Shown here: positions 51,155-61,800 of the stretch, one piece after another
How the letters are laid out: each line of letters starts with the position of its first letter
Position numbering within the stretch: position 1 is the stretch's first letter
Origin: Pristiophorus japonicus
Lineage: Eukaryota
Direction of reading: 5' to 3'
Assembly: GCF_044704955.1 (NCBI RefSeq)
Contig: NC_091992.1
Coordinates: 55,180,001 to 55,244,000, forward strand
DNA length: 64,000 nt
The notes under the pieces: model-generated
Seen by the model: only the letters and a program-made list of their open reading frames with translations
Database searches by the model: none
What the model was told of the DNA's origin: nothing
Made by a program: the position numbers and the translations under genes

Positions 51155-52215
51155 AGTTTGCTTCTGTCTCACTTTTCTTGACCCCTCTACTGTCTCTAAT
51201 TTGTCACACTGCTGGTCCGACAGCCAGTACTGGATGATCAGAAATTTCCTCCAACTAAATATTGGGAAGATCAAAGTCATTGTCTTTGGTCCCGGCCACG
51301 AGCTCCGTTCCCTAGCCAGCAACTCCATCCCTCTACCTGGCAACTGTCTGAGTCTGAACCAAAGCGTTTGCAAAATTGGTGTACTTGACCCAGGGATGAG
51401 CTTCTGACTGCATATCCTTGCCATCACCAAGGCCCACTTGCCTCCGTGACACTGCCTGACTCCACCCTGTCTCAGCTCATCTACTGCTGAAACACTCATC
51501 CATGTCTTTGTTGCATCCAGACTTGACTATTCCAACGCACTCCTGGCCAGCCTTCCACATTCCACCCTCCATAAACTTGAGGTTGTCCAAAACTATGGTG
51601 CCCGTGTCCTAATTCGCCTATTCACCCACCACCCCTGTGCTCGCTGACCTACACTGGTTCCCGGTCCAGCAACTCGCATCCAAAAATCTCATCCTTGTTT
51701 TGAAATCCCTCCATGGCCTCGCCCCTCCCTATCTCTGTAATCTCCTCCAGTCATACAACCCCACAAGATGTCAACCCACCTCCAATTCTGGTCTCCCGAG
51801 CAAGCCCGATTTTAATCACTCCACCATTGGTGGCCGTGCCTTCAGCTGCCGAGGCCCCAAGCTCTGGAACTCCCTCCCTAAACCTCTCCGCCTCTCTACC
51901 TCTCCTTCCTCCTTTAAGGCACCACTTCTTTGACCAAGCTTTGATCTGCCCTAATATTTCATTATGTGGCTTGGTGTAAAATTTTGAATGATAACGCTCC
52001 TGTGAGGCACCTTAGGATGTTTTATCATGTTAATACAACATTGGTTGTGGCCCATTTTCAGAACTATAACCGGTAGTGCGCTGACAGCATGTGCCAACTG
52101 GGAGGCCTGGTGTAGCCCGAACAGGGTCCTCCCGCCGTACGTGCCTCCACGGGCAGCTCTTAACGTTGATTTTATGGTAATTTATTATATAAATGCAAGC
52201 TGTTGTAGCAGTTGT
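51155..52215 (+). mobile_element. L2 LINE 3' part
   Basis: WMIRNFLQLNIGK; SRLDYSNALL; LADLHWFPV; GGRAFSCRGPKLWNSLP; tail TATATAAATGCAAG. Confidence 0.85.
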
Positions 52216-52225
52216 TTCTTTCTTT

Positions 52226-53041
52226 GGGGTATAAATTGCCCCCTGCCCGAAACGGGGCGCATGCACCCCGATTCACCGGTTTTTACCGCAGCTGGGTTGA
52301 GGTCGCCTCTTGAGCGACATTCCGCTCTTTGTTTTTTTTAATTCGGATCCAGGTGTCGCTCCTAATGGGGGCGGTGACACACCTGAGGGGCGGATACGTG
52401 GCGGTGACACACCTGAGGGGCAGATACATGGCGGTGACACACCTGAGGGGCGGAAGTTGGGTGCGGGGAGCAGAGTAACCACCGCGATGTCGTCATCACG
52501 GCACCATGTCATCACGGCTCTCCCCTTCACTTAAAGGGGAGAGTCTCTGTGATTTTAAAACTTCGGTCCACTGGGCCACCAGGGAAGGTTTCGGCCGGGC
52601 CAGCGGCCTGGCACCCAAGCGGGGGGGTGCCCGGCTGCCTGTTGGCGGTCTGGCTGAACCTGGGGGCATAATTGTCGGGTCGACATGGCAGTTGGCTGAC
52701 AAAAAAATATGGCGGCAGCGGCAATGCGTCCTCCCCTTTAAGGGAAGCTGCACCACCGCTGCAGAAGGCCACAGCCTCACTGGACCACCGGGAAAAAACA
52801 GGTTTTGGCACCACCGGGCGGGCCGAAGATTTTCAGAGCGGAATTTTGCCATCGGGGGTTTAGATTGGCGGTGCGCAAGGTGATGACATGCTTACCGCGG
52901 ATCGGCAGCAGCGGAGCACTCGGGAGGGCAATTGGGCTAGCGGCGGCCATGCCCCGAAAAGTCGGTGGCCACTCCACTCCGCAGCATGGCCGCTAATTTG
53001 TGGTGGTAATGGGCCTTAAGAAGAGAGGCAATTTTGGCCCC
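52226..53041. mobile_element. Harbinger-type MITE with TTT TSD
   Basis: GGGGTATAAATTGCC / GGCAATTTTGGCCCC; TTT at 52223-25 and 53042-44. Confidence 0.8.
52370..52456. repeat. 30-bp tandem repeat, about 3 copies
   Basis: GGCGGTGACACACCTGAGGGGC(G/A)GATAC(G/A)T. Confidence 0.92.
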
Positions 53042-53151
53042 TTTGTCTCTGTCCGGTGTCCCACATACTCCATGTCTGTACAACTGTCCCCCTCTCACTT
53101 TCTCTCTGTCTCTCTCACAATCTCTTGCTCTCATTTCCTTTGTCTCTCAAT

Positions 53152-53530
53152 GGGGCAGACATTGGTTGTGGCCCATTTTCGGGTCTATAACCAGTGGTGC
53201 GCTGACAGCGTGTGCCAACTAGGAGGCCTGGTGCAGCCTGAACAGGGTCCTTGCGCCGTACGTGCCTCCACGGGCAGCTCTTACCGTTGATGCTTACGCC
53301 GCAGCGACCGCTTAAGAATCCCGAGCGGAGCAGGCCCGGCTCCTCAATCTAACCCAATTGCTGCAGGGCTCTCATTTATATATGTAAAGGGACCAATGCT
53401 CGTTTTAGGTAGCCGCTTAGGACGCCCGCAAATCTGCCTTTACCAATATGGCGGCGGCCTTAAATCAGATGCAGATCGGGTGTGAGACTTTGCGGCCTGA
53501 AACTGGTCGTGTTTGTCCCTGTTTTCTGCC
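53152..53530. mobile_element. CpG-rich MITE
   Basis: GGGCAGA / TCTGCCC termini inside a CT-rich tract. Confidence 0.6.
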
Positions 53531-53669
53531 CAGAAAACGGTCTCAGTGAGGAGCAAGTTATTTCTCTGCCTTTCTCTCTCATTCTTTCTATCTTTCCAAC
53601 GCTGTCTATCTCTCTCACACACCAGTGATACTGATAATGAGAAAAGTTCTAAGACTTACCTCAGAAACC

Positions 53670-53990
53670 TGCTGCATTAAAAAAAATTCTCCCCACCTCC
53701 CCTCTCTTTCTTTTGCCAATGACCTTAAATCCATTTCCCCTTGTTACCGAACCTCCTGCCAGTGGAACAGTTGCTCCCTATCTACTCTATCTAAACCCCT
53801 CATAATTTTGAACACCATTATTAAATCTCCCTCTGCTCTGATTCTCCAGTCTCTGCACGTACCAGAAATCCCTCATCCCTTTAACTGTTCCAGTAAATCT
53901 CCTCTGCACTGTCTCCAAGGCCTTGACATCTTTCCTAAAGTGCGGTGCCCAGAATTGGCCACAATACTCCAGCTGGGGCCTAACCAGTGA
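53670..53990 (-). mobile_element. Decayed CR1 fragment
   Basis: Reverse complement GGCCCCAGCTGGAGTATTGTGGCCAATTCTGGGCACC = PQLEYCGQFWAP. Confidence 0.7.
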
Positions 53991-54424
53991 TTTATTTGCT
54001 GGGAGTATTCTTCAATCCCTCATATTTTATGTTTTCTCTCACACATCACATGCTCTATTTCATAATAAAATCATTCAATTTCATTGCGAATAATAAATTG
54101 GAATCGTTTAAAAAGAAATTGACTGTAAATTATTTTCAAAGAGCTGGTAATCTATATATTAGAATTCTTCATTTAGATTTGCTCCCCGCTGCTGTGAATG
54201 CTGCACAGTGCTTACACAGTGTCGGAAACCAACAGCTGCCCTATCAATTTACATCCTGGGGAATGGGCTGACGAGGCCAGTAGGGTGAGAGATATTCTCC
54301 CAAGGAGTGCATCAGCAGCCGAGCCCAGCCAATGGGGCCAGATCCCACACAGCCAGGGCTCTGCAAAATCTTGATTTCAAGTTTGTGGCCTGGGCCATTT
54401 CAGGCAGCAGCGAGCGAACTATCT

Positions 54425-54682
54425 CTCTGAAAGAAAGACTTGCATTTATATAGTGCCTTTCACGACCACCAGACATCTCAAAGCACTTTACAGCCAATGA
54501 AGTACTTTTGAAGTGTAGTCACTGTTGTAATGTGGGAAACGCAGCAGCCAATTTACGCACAGCAAGCTCCCACACACAGCAATGTGATAATGACCAGATA
54601 ATCTGTTTTTTTGTTATGTTGATTGAGGGATAAATATTGGTCAGGACACTGGGAATAACTCCCCTGCTCTTCTTCGAAATAA
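54425..54682 (-). mobile_element. DeuSINE 3' half
   Basis: Reverse complement of 2895-3150. Confidence 0.88.
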
Positions 54683-55471
54683 TCCATTCAGTTTATTTTT
54701 AATAGTTTATTTTTAACACTTTTGAAACATATATAAAAAAAGATCAAAAAAATATTTTTCTAAAACATTCAATTTCGATTACATTTTAAATAATTAAGGT
54801 GTTTTTTAAATTTATATATTGTGTTTCTGTGTTTTGGGGGGTGTCCCCATTCATAGTAACGGGAGCTCCGTACACACGGATCTCCCCATTATGATCAATG
54901 AGAAAATTCATTCCAATTGGTGGTCCAACGCACGTGATTCCAGGAAACACTTACACTTCTGGGACGTGGGGCCTCTGCGCTGGGCTTCACATCAAGGCCT
55001 CCGAGCGCATGTGTTCGTTCCTCCAGGACCACCAGGTATTTTCAGCATTTTTTGCGATCGGAGGCGTCCAATCGGAGGTCTGGATAATCAGAGCAGAGGC
55101 TGTTAAGGGAGATTTAATAATGTTGTTCAAGATTATGAGGGGTTTTAATCGAGTAGATGGGAAGCAACTGATCCACAGGCAGGAGGTTCGGTAACCAGAG
55201 GACACCGCAATTTATGGGCCTTTGTTTAGAAAACATTTAACATAACAGTTATGTGAAAAAAGCTTTCGAAATTTGTCCTCTAACTTTTTACAAGAAAATT
55301 TTGAAAAACAACAGCTGCTAGAGGCTCGGGAAATATATTCCATCAGTACAGCTGACTGAAAGGTACAGATGTATCCTGGGAAATTAGGTACACTTCACAG
55401 TGCAGTCGTGCCTGGTTGTGTCTAGAACCTGAAAAGGAAGGATCTTTGTGGGTCAGGAAACTAAATTATAA

Positions 55472-56296
55472 GGGGGGTTATTTTAACCAAAGGTTGAAAA
55501 CGTGCTAAATGGATGCAGTGCTATTAAGACGAACCTGTCTGGATTTAACACACAATTGTGGTCCTAATTGCTGATTATTATTATTTGTACATGCCTGGAG
55601 GCGCTAGTCATATACCTGCAGGTTTAGCACTCATTATTAGATGAAATTTTCGTGAGGCAGTGCAAGTGGGCACCACACACCCACTTCCACTGAAGGTGTG
55701 GAGTGTGCTGGCCGGCACACAGCGGCAGGTTTCAGGATAGTTCAGGAACCAAGGGAGAGGGGCGCACAGGTACTGGAGATCCTGGTGGATGTCCAAGCAC
55801 TACCATTCTGCTGATGACTAATATAAGGTGGAGTAGCTCAGCACTTACTCTTTTTCAGCGCGGTCCTCAGAGAATTTCTGGAATAAGTGTTGATGGAGTG
55901 TTGGCAAAGGCTTGACAAAGTGTCACAGAAAGTTTCTCGCTGTGTTTCAGAGGACCTTTTCACAGCTCCAGCAGCACGTGAACATGAAATCCCTTTAAGT
56001 AGTGCTTGAAATTGACACCAACGCCGTGTTTACTCTCAAACAGCGGGTCGCTGTTCGGAGCGTGCGTTAGTTAAAGCACTAGCCACCAAAATACAATGGA
56101 GTCTCTTTAATGAACGCCACCAGGCATTTTAAATGTTTAATGAGCCTCTGGATGGCTGTTCCTAGTGCTGGCTTCAACTCCTTTACCAAGATGGTGGCTT
56201 GCCCTGACCCGGGCTAAAAGGCATTTCAGCTTAAGACCCCATCTTGCCCATTACTTTACCTCTTTAGCGCCTAAAATATTCGGTGAGAATCACCCC
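55472..56296. mobile_element. Probable old MITE
   Basis: GGGGGTTATTTT / GAGAATCACCCC imperfect TIRs. Confidence 0.4.
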
Positions 56297-56559
56297 GAAA
56301 TATCTCTCACCAGGGAGAGATTTTCATGGCTTTGTACAGAATAGCCAGCAGTGGGAGTATGTCACATTGACCAGATCCCCACCTACAATACCCTTCTCAT
56401 ATAATCCTGCAGCGACCATCATCAGCTCCTGTTGGCACAAAGACAGACCAGAAACTGAATAAAGCATTGGTGTATTAATAAAAGAATCAATACCAGGAAG
56501 TCATTTCAGGCCAGTAACCTAATCTAAGGACTGAAATGGTACTTGTATACAGATTGAAT

Positions 56560-57437
56560 GTCACCCTCTCGATTAGACTCCAGTCTGCAGCTCAGTCCCA
56601 GGTATTCATTATTCTATGTGTAAACCATCTAAACTCCTCAATTAGATTCCAGCCAGTAACGCACTCCCAGGTATCTATTATTCTATATAAACTATACCAG
56701 GTATCTGGAACTCTGTATACAAACTAGCCATTTCTTTTAATGTGTTGTGACAAATAATTTAAAATTGGTCACTATTGAAGATGAATCCCACAATAAGGTA
56801 AAGAGTACACATAGGATTAACTATGAGCTTGATTCCACCTGAATATTTAAAGTAAATGTCAGGACGTTGGAGCCGGGACCTAACACAGTGGGGATTATAA
56901 ATGGCTAATAGAAGATGGAAGGGATTCAATCAAGTGGCTATGCTGATGTCATGCACCACAAAAATGAAGTTCAATCGTTTTATGAAAGTCAAAAGCACAA
57001 GGTTGAATGATTGCCTTAAATTTACTGCCAGATATTTCCTGTTCTGTGTAACATGCAGTTTTCTGAGAAGTCTTGAGTTCATTTTTGGGCTCGGGGTGGG
57101 TGTCGAGTGCAGTCCCTGTGCCTGAAGGCTGAGGCCTGAGTCGCACCCAATATTGGGCCTCGGATCATATTTCCATGAAGTGGGTGTGATGTGGAACCTG
57201 AAAGCAAATAAAACACCAGTCCGTAGCTCATTCCTGGGTATTCATTATTCTGTATATAAACTATGTGAACGTTTGACTAGATTTCACCCTATAACTCATT
57301 CCCAGGTATTCATTATTCCATCTATAAATGATCTAACCTCTCAATTAGATTCAAGTCTGAAACTCACTCCCAAGTCTTCATTATTCTATCTATAAACCAT
57401 CCAAACTCTTCAGCCTGTAGCTCACTCCCAGGTATTA
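56560..57437. repeat. About 68-bp minisatellite in two blocks (about 56560-56720 and 57222-57437)
   Basis: CTCACTCCCAGGTATTCATTATTCTAT.TATAAAC unit at 57237, 57305, 57373 and 56601, 56670. Confidence 0.8.
56930..57197 (-). CDS. Candidate terminal exon of an unidentified gene
   Basis: Acceptor TGTTTTATTTGCTTTCAG|G in non-repeat DNA; longest frame is 88 codons FHITPTSWKYDPRPNIGCDSG...DISIAT*; no family recognised. Confidence 0.3.
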
Positions 57438-57654
57438 AGTTCGTGAAGTTCGCCGCGGCCCACAGGGAAGTGAGGAGGGCAGGGTGACTGGGGCGTGTGG
57501 GGTTGGGGCAGTCGGGGGTGGGGGGGGTGTTGCTGGCTGGGTATGGGGGAATTGGTAGCGGAGAGGAGGAAGTGACCCATGTTTTTTTTAATGTGAGGAT
57601 CGCGAGGAACACGCCTGCTTTAAACTGGGAATTAATCACCCTATACAGAGCCTC

Positions 57655-58025
57655 AGTCATCATCATAGGCAGTCCCTCGGAATCGAGGAAGACTCGCTTC
57701 CACTCTTAAGTTGAGTCCTTAGGTGGCTGAACAGTCCAATACGAGAACCACAGTCCCTGTCACAGGTGGGACAGACAGTTGTTGAGCGAAAAGGTTGGTG
57801 GGACTGGTTTTCCGCACGCTCTTTCCGCTGCCTGCGCTTGATTTCTGCATGCTCTCGGCGATGAGACTCGAGGTGCTCAGCGCCCTCCCAGATGCACTTC
57901 CTCCACTTAGGGCGGTCTTTGGCCAGGGACTCCCAGGTGTCAGTGGGGATGTTGCACTTTATCAGGGAGGCTTTGAGGGTGTCCCTGTAACATTTCCTCT
58001 GCCCACCTTTGGCTCGTTTGCCGTG
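57655..58025 (-). mobile_element. RTE LINE 3' end
   Basis: GKRAKGGQRKCYRDTLKASL..WESLAKDRPKWR..CPTCDRDCGSRIGLFSH. Confidence 0.9.
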
Positions 58026-58124
58026 ATGTATGTGTCCATACGTTAATCCAACTGAGACTTGCATATGGTAACAGAGGGCTGGGGTTCTCTCTCCCACCTG
58101 TCACAAGGCAATGGCCTTTGACAG

Positions 58125-58329
58125 TGTTATGTATGTAATAACTCGATAGACTGAATACTGTAAACTAACACAGGCACAAACCTGGCTCTGCTTTATTAGG
58201 GCCCAAAGTGATCATATTACATTCTGGCTTGCCTTTTATACCTGGCCTGCACACCAGTGCACACAGCCCAGTGACCTCCGACAGTCACGCCACCTGGTGG
58301 CTAGCAACCCCAAGCATACATACATGACA
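58125..58329 (-). mobile_element. Solo Gypsy-type LTR (205 bp) with perfect 5-bp TSD
   Basis: TGTTATG...CATGACA flanked by GACAG on both sides; TATAAAA and AATAAA on - strand. Confidence 0.9.
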
Positions 58330-58504
58330 GACAGGGTGAGACAGTGTACAGGGTGACATCATGTTGCAATCAGAGTTGTTATAAAAAAGGAAAAGGTCCT
58401 ATTCAATATAAAGTCGGATCTCAAGGAAAGATAATCCTTAATCATAACCTGCTGAATAGCCTGATTCCTCCTCCTGAGCCAGGGCTTGTTGCTGTCTCTT
58501 TTCC

Positions 58505-58845
58505 ACATCATCATCATCATGGGCAGTCCCTCGAAATCGAGGAAGACTTGCTTCTACTCTAAAAGTAAGTTCTCAGGTGGCTGTACAGTCCAATACGGGA
58601 ATTACAGTCTCTGTCACAGGTGGGTCAGACAGTGGTTGAAGGAAAGGTTGGGTCGGGAGCCTGGTTTGCCGCACTCTCCATTCGCTGCCTGCGCTTGGTT
58701 TCTGCATGCTCTCGGCGACGAGACTTGAAGTGGTCAGCACCCTCCCAGATGCTCTTCCTCCACTTAGGGTGGTCTTGGGCCAGGGACTCCCAGGTGCCGG
58801 TGGGGATGTTGCACTTTATCAAGGAGGCTTTGAGGGTGTCCTTGA
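58505..58845 (-). mobile_element. RTE LINE 3' end, cut by the Gypsy insertion
   Basis: Same family as 57655-58025; stops at the LTR edge. Confidence 0.88.
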
Positions 58846-61800
58846 TGTAAAGTCCTGTCTCCTCAGTACAGATTCACATGAGGCATGTAGTGAAGTCAAG
58901 ATCACTCTGGAACTGCACCTTTATTTTACAGCTCTGGAATGCTGCACTTGCCTGAGACCTGCCCTTATATACCCGTCTCTTGCAAGTGCACCCCTGGTGG
59001 TAAGGTATGCTGGTGGTTACAGGTCATATCTTATTTCAGTTATCTATAGCATGTTAGGATACAGTTATATATAATAATGTAAGATACATGACATCACCCT
59101 CCCCCAAGGTCTTATTGTCTTTATAGGTTCAGTCTCTCAGGTGGTCTACGCTCTCGCTTGGAGCGTCTGAGTTGTGGTTCAGTTGTTTGCCTTGGTGTCT
59201 ATTTTTCTTTGGGTGTGGTTGCTGGTATCTCGCCTGGGCTGTCTGTTTCGATTGGTGTGATTGTTGTTGACTCGCCTGGGCTGTCTGTTGGGATTGCCCT
59301 TTCCTCAGGTTGTTCCCTCTGTCTGTCCACCAGGTGTGGTGCGAGTTCCACATTGCAGTCTGCCTCTGGTTCCGCAGTGTTGTTGGTAAATCTGCTTTTG
59401 ACTTGGTCTACATGCCTCCGGCAGGTTTTGCCATTGTCCATTTGTACTACCAGTAGCCTGTTTCCTTCCTTGCCCGTTACTGTCCCTGCAAGCCATTTGG
59501 GACCCCTGCCATAGTTTAGTACAAACACTTTGTCCCCTATCTCATTCCATCTCCCCCTCGAATTTCTGTCATGGTACTCAGTCAGCTTACGGCGCTTTGC
59601 CTCAACGATTTCGTACATGTCTGGGAGGACTAATGCGAGCCTTGTTTTTAAAGTCCTTTTCATCAACAGTTGCGCGGGGGGGATCCCAGTCAATGAGTGA
59701 GAACGAGATCTGTATGCGACAGGCGACCCTGCAGCATGGGACCTTGGATTTTAAGCATGCCTTTGTTGTAGAGAGTCGAAAGATATATATAGACTTAGGC
59801 ATTAGGCACCTGCTGGATATTTAGAACTCACATAAGCTTAAATGGACACACACATAAAATGGCTGCCCAGGCATTATGGGAAATCAGGTAGTCAAACTGT
59901 GAACTGTTGAACGTTCACTGACCGAGCAATAACCCTGTGAGGCCCACTGTAGGAATGCCTGGGAAGACAGAGATAAGAAGGAAACCATCTCCTGTGAACA
60001 AGGCCATGAAACCAATTATTTCAGGAAGAAAGATAAGAGGGAAACCATTTGCTGTAAACAAGGCTATATACCAATTATTTCTCCCAGATGAAAGAACTAG
60101 GGAGAGAACCTATAAAGCCATCAATCAGCCCAAGCTGACAAAAGATGAACACATGGTTCCTGAGACATAAGGGGAATTCTATTGGGTTAAAATAACCTAT
60201 ATGTAATCTATAATCATTGTGATTGGCTTGTGTCCAGCCGTGATGGGCTGTGTAGCTGTAGTAAAATGTTTTGTAACTGTTGTGAAACATATAAAGGTGC
60301 ATGTAATCCTTTGTTCTGTGAAGAGAAACCTGGATACGGTCCTGAGTTTTTCCTTCCCGCTGAGCGTAATAAAAGCTGCTTCAGCATTGGAACCGACCCT
60401 GAGTGTTGAGTGATTCTTCTAAGAAAACACTAACGCTAACACCTTGTTTAATGATTTGCACTGCTCTCTCTGCCTGGCCGTTGGAGGCCGGCTTGAATGG
60501 TGCCGTCTTGACGTGATTTATGCCGTGGTCAGTTATAAAGTCTTGGAATTCTGCGCTGGTGAAGCACGGACCATTGTCACTGACCAATATGTAAGGGATT
60601 CCGTGCGTTGCAAACATGGTTGCGAGGCTCTCCACAGTGGTGGAGGCTGTGCTCGAGTTTAAAATGGTGCATTCGATCCACTTTAAAAATGCATCTACAA
60701 CTACGAGGAACATTTTGCCCATGAATGGGCCCGCATAGTCTACGTGCACCCGCGACCACGGTTTGGTAGGCCAGGGCCAGGGGCTCAGTGGAGCCTCCCT
60801 GGGGGCATTGCTGAGTTGGGCACAAATGGTGCACCTTCGTACGCAGAGCTCTAGGTCCGCGTCAATACCAGGCCACCAGACGTGGGATCTGGCTATGGCC
60901 TTCATGAGAACGATCCCCGGGTGCTCGCGGTGGAGCTCCCGGACAAATGCCTCTCTGCCTCGCAGAGGCATGACTACTCGGCTGCCCCACATCAGGCAGT
61001 CTGCTTGTAGTGATAGCTCATGCATGCGCCTATGAAAGGGTTTTAATTCCTCGGGACAAGCATCGCAAGCCTCTGCCCAGTCACCGGTTAGGACACATCT
61101 TTTTACTAAGGATAACGTGGGGTCGCTGGCCGTCAAGGCTCTGATTTGGCGAGCCGTCATGGGGGAACCTGTGGACTCAAAGGCATTGATTGCCATGACT
61201 ATCTCACAGTCCTGTTCATCAGACACTTCTGTGGTCGCCAGGGGTAGCCTGCTGAGCACGTCGGCACAGTTGTCTGTGCCTGGTCTGTGCCTTATGGTAT
61301 AGTCGTAGGACACCAGCATGAGTGCCCACCGTTGAATTTGCGCCGAGCCGTTGGCGTTTATTACCTTGCTCTCGGATAGGAGGGACGTGAGGGGCTTGTG
61401 GTCGGTTTCTAATGCGAACTTGGCCCCGAAAAGATATTGGTGCATCTTTTTGACATCATACACGCACACGAGCGCCTCCTTCTCTACCATTCCGTACCCG
61501 CGCTCCGCCCGCGAAAGTGACCTGGAGGCATAAGCTATGGGTTGTAATTTGCCCGCACTATTGACATGTTGCAAAACGCACCCGACCCCATACGCTGACG
61601 CATCGCATGTGAGAACTAGCTTTTGACCTGGGTCAAAGAAAGTCAAAACACTGTTGGAACACAGAAGGTTGCGTGCCTTATTGAAGGCGCGTTCCTGGGC
61701 GTCTCACCAAAACCCTTTTCTGAGTAGCACATGGAGAGGCTCCAGCAATGTGCTTAAGTTCTGCATAAAGTTCCCAAAGTAATTGAGTTGCCCGAGAAAG

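Noticed and set aside
52370-52456. 30-bp direct repeats as a CRISPR array
   Set aside because: No spacers; a simple tandem triplication inside a MITE
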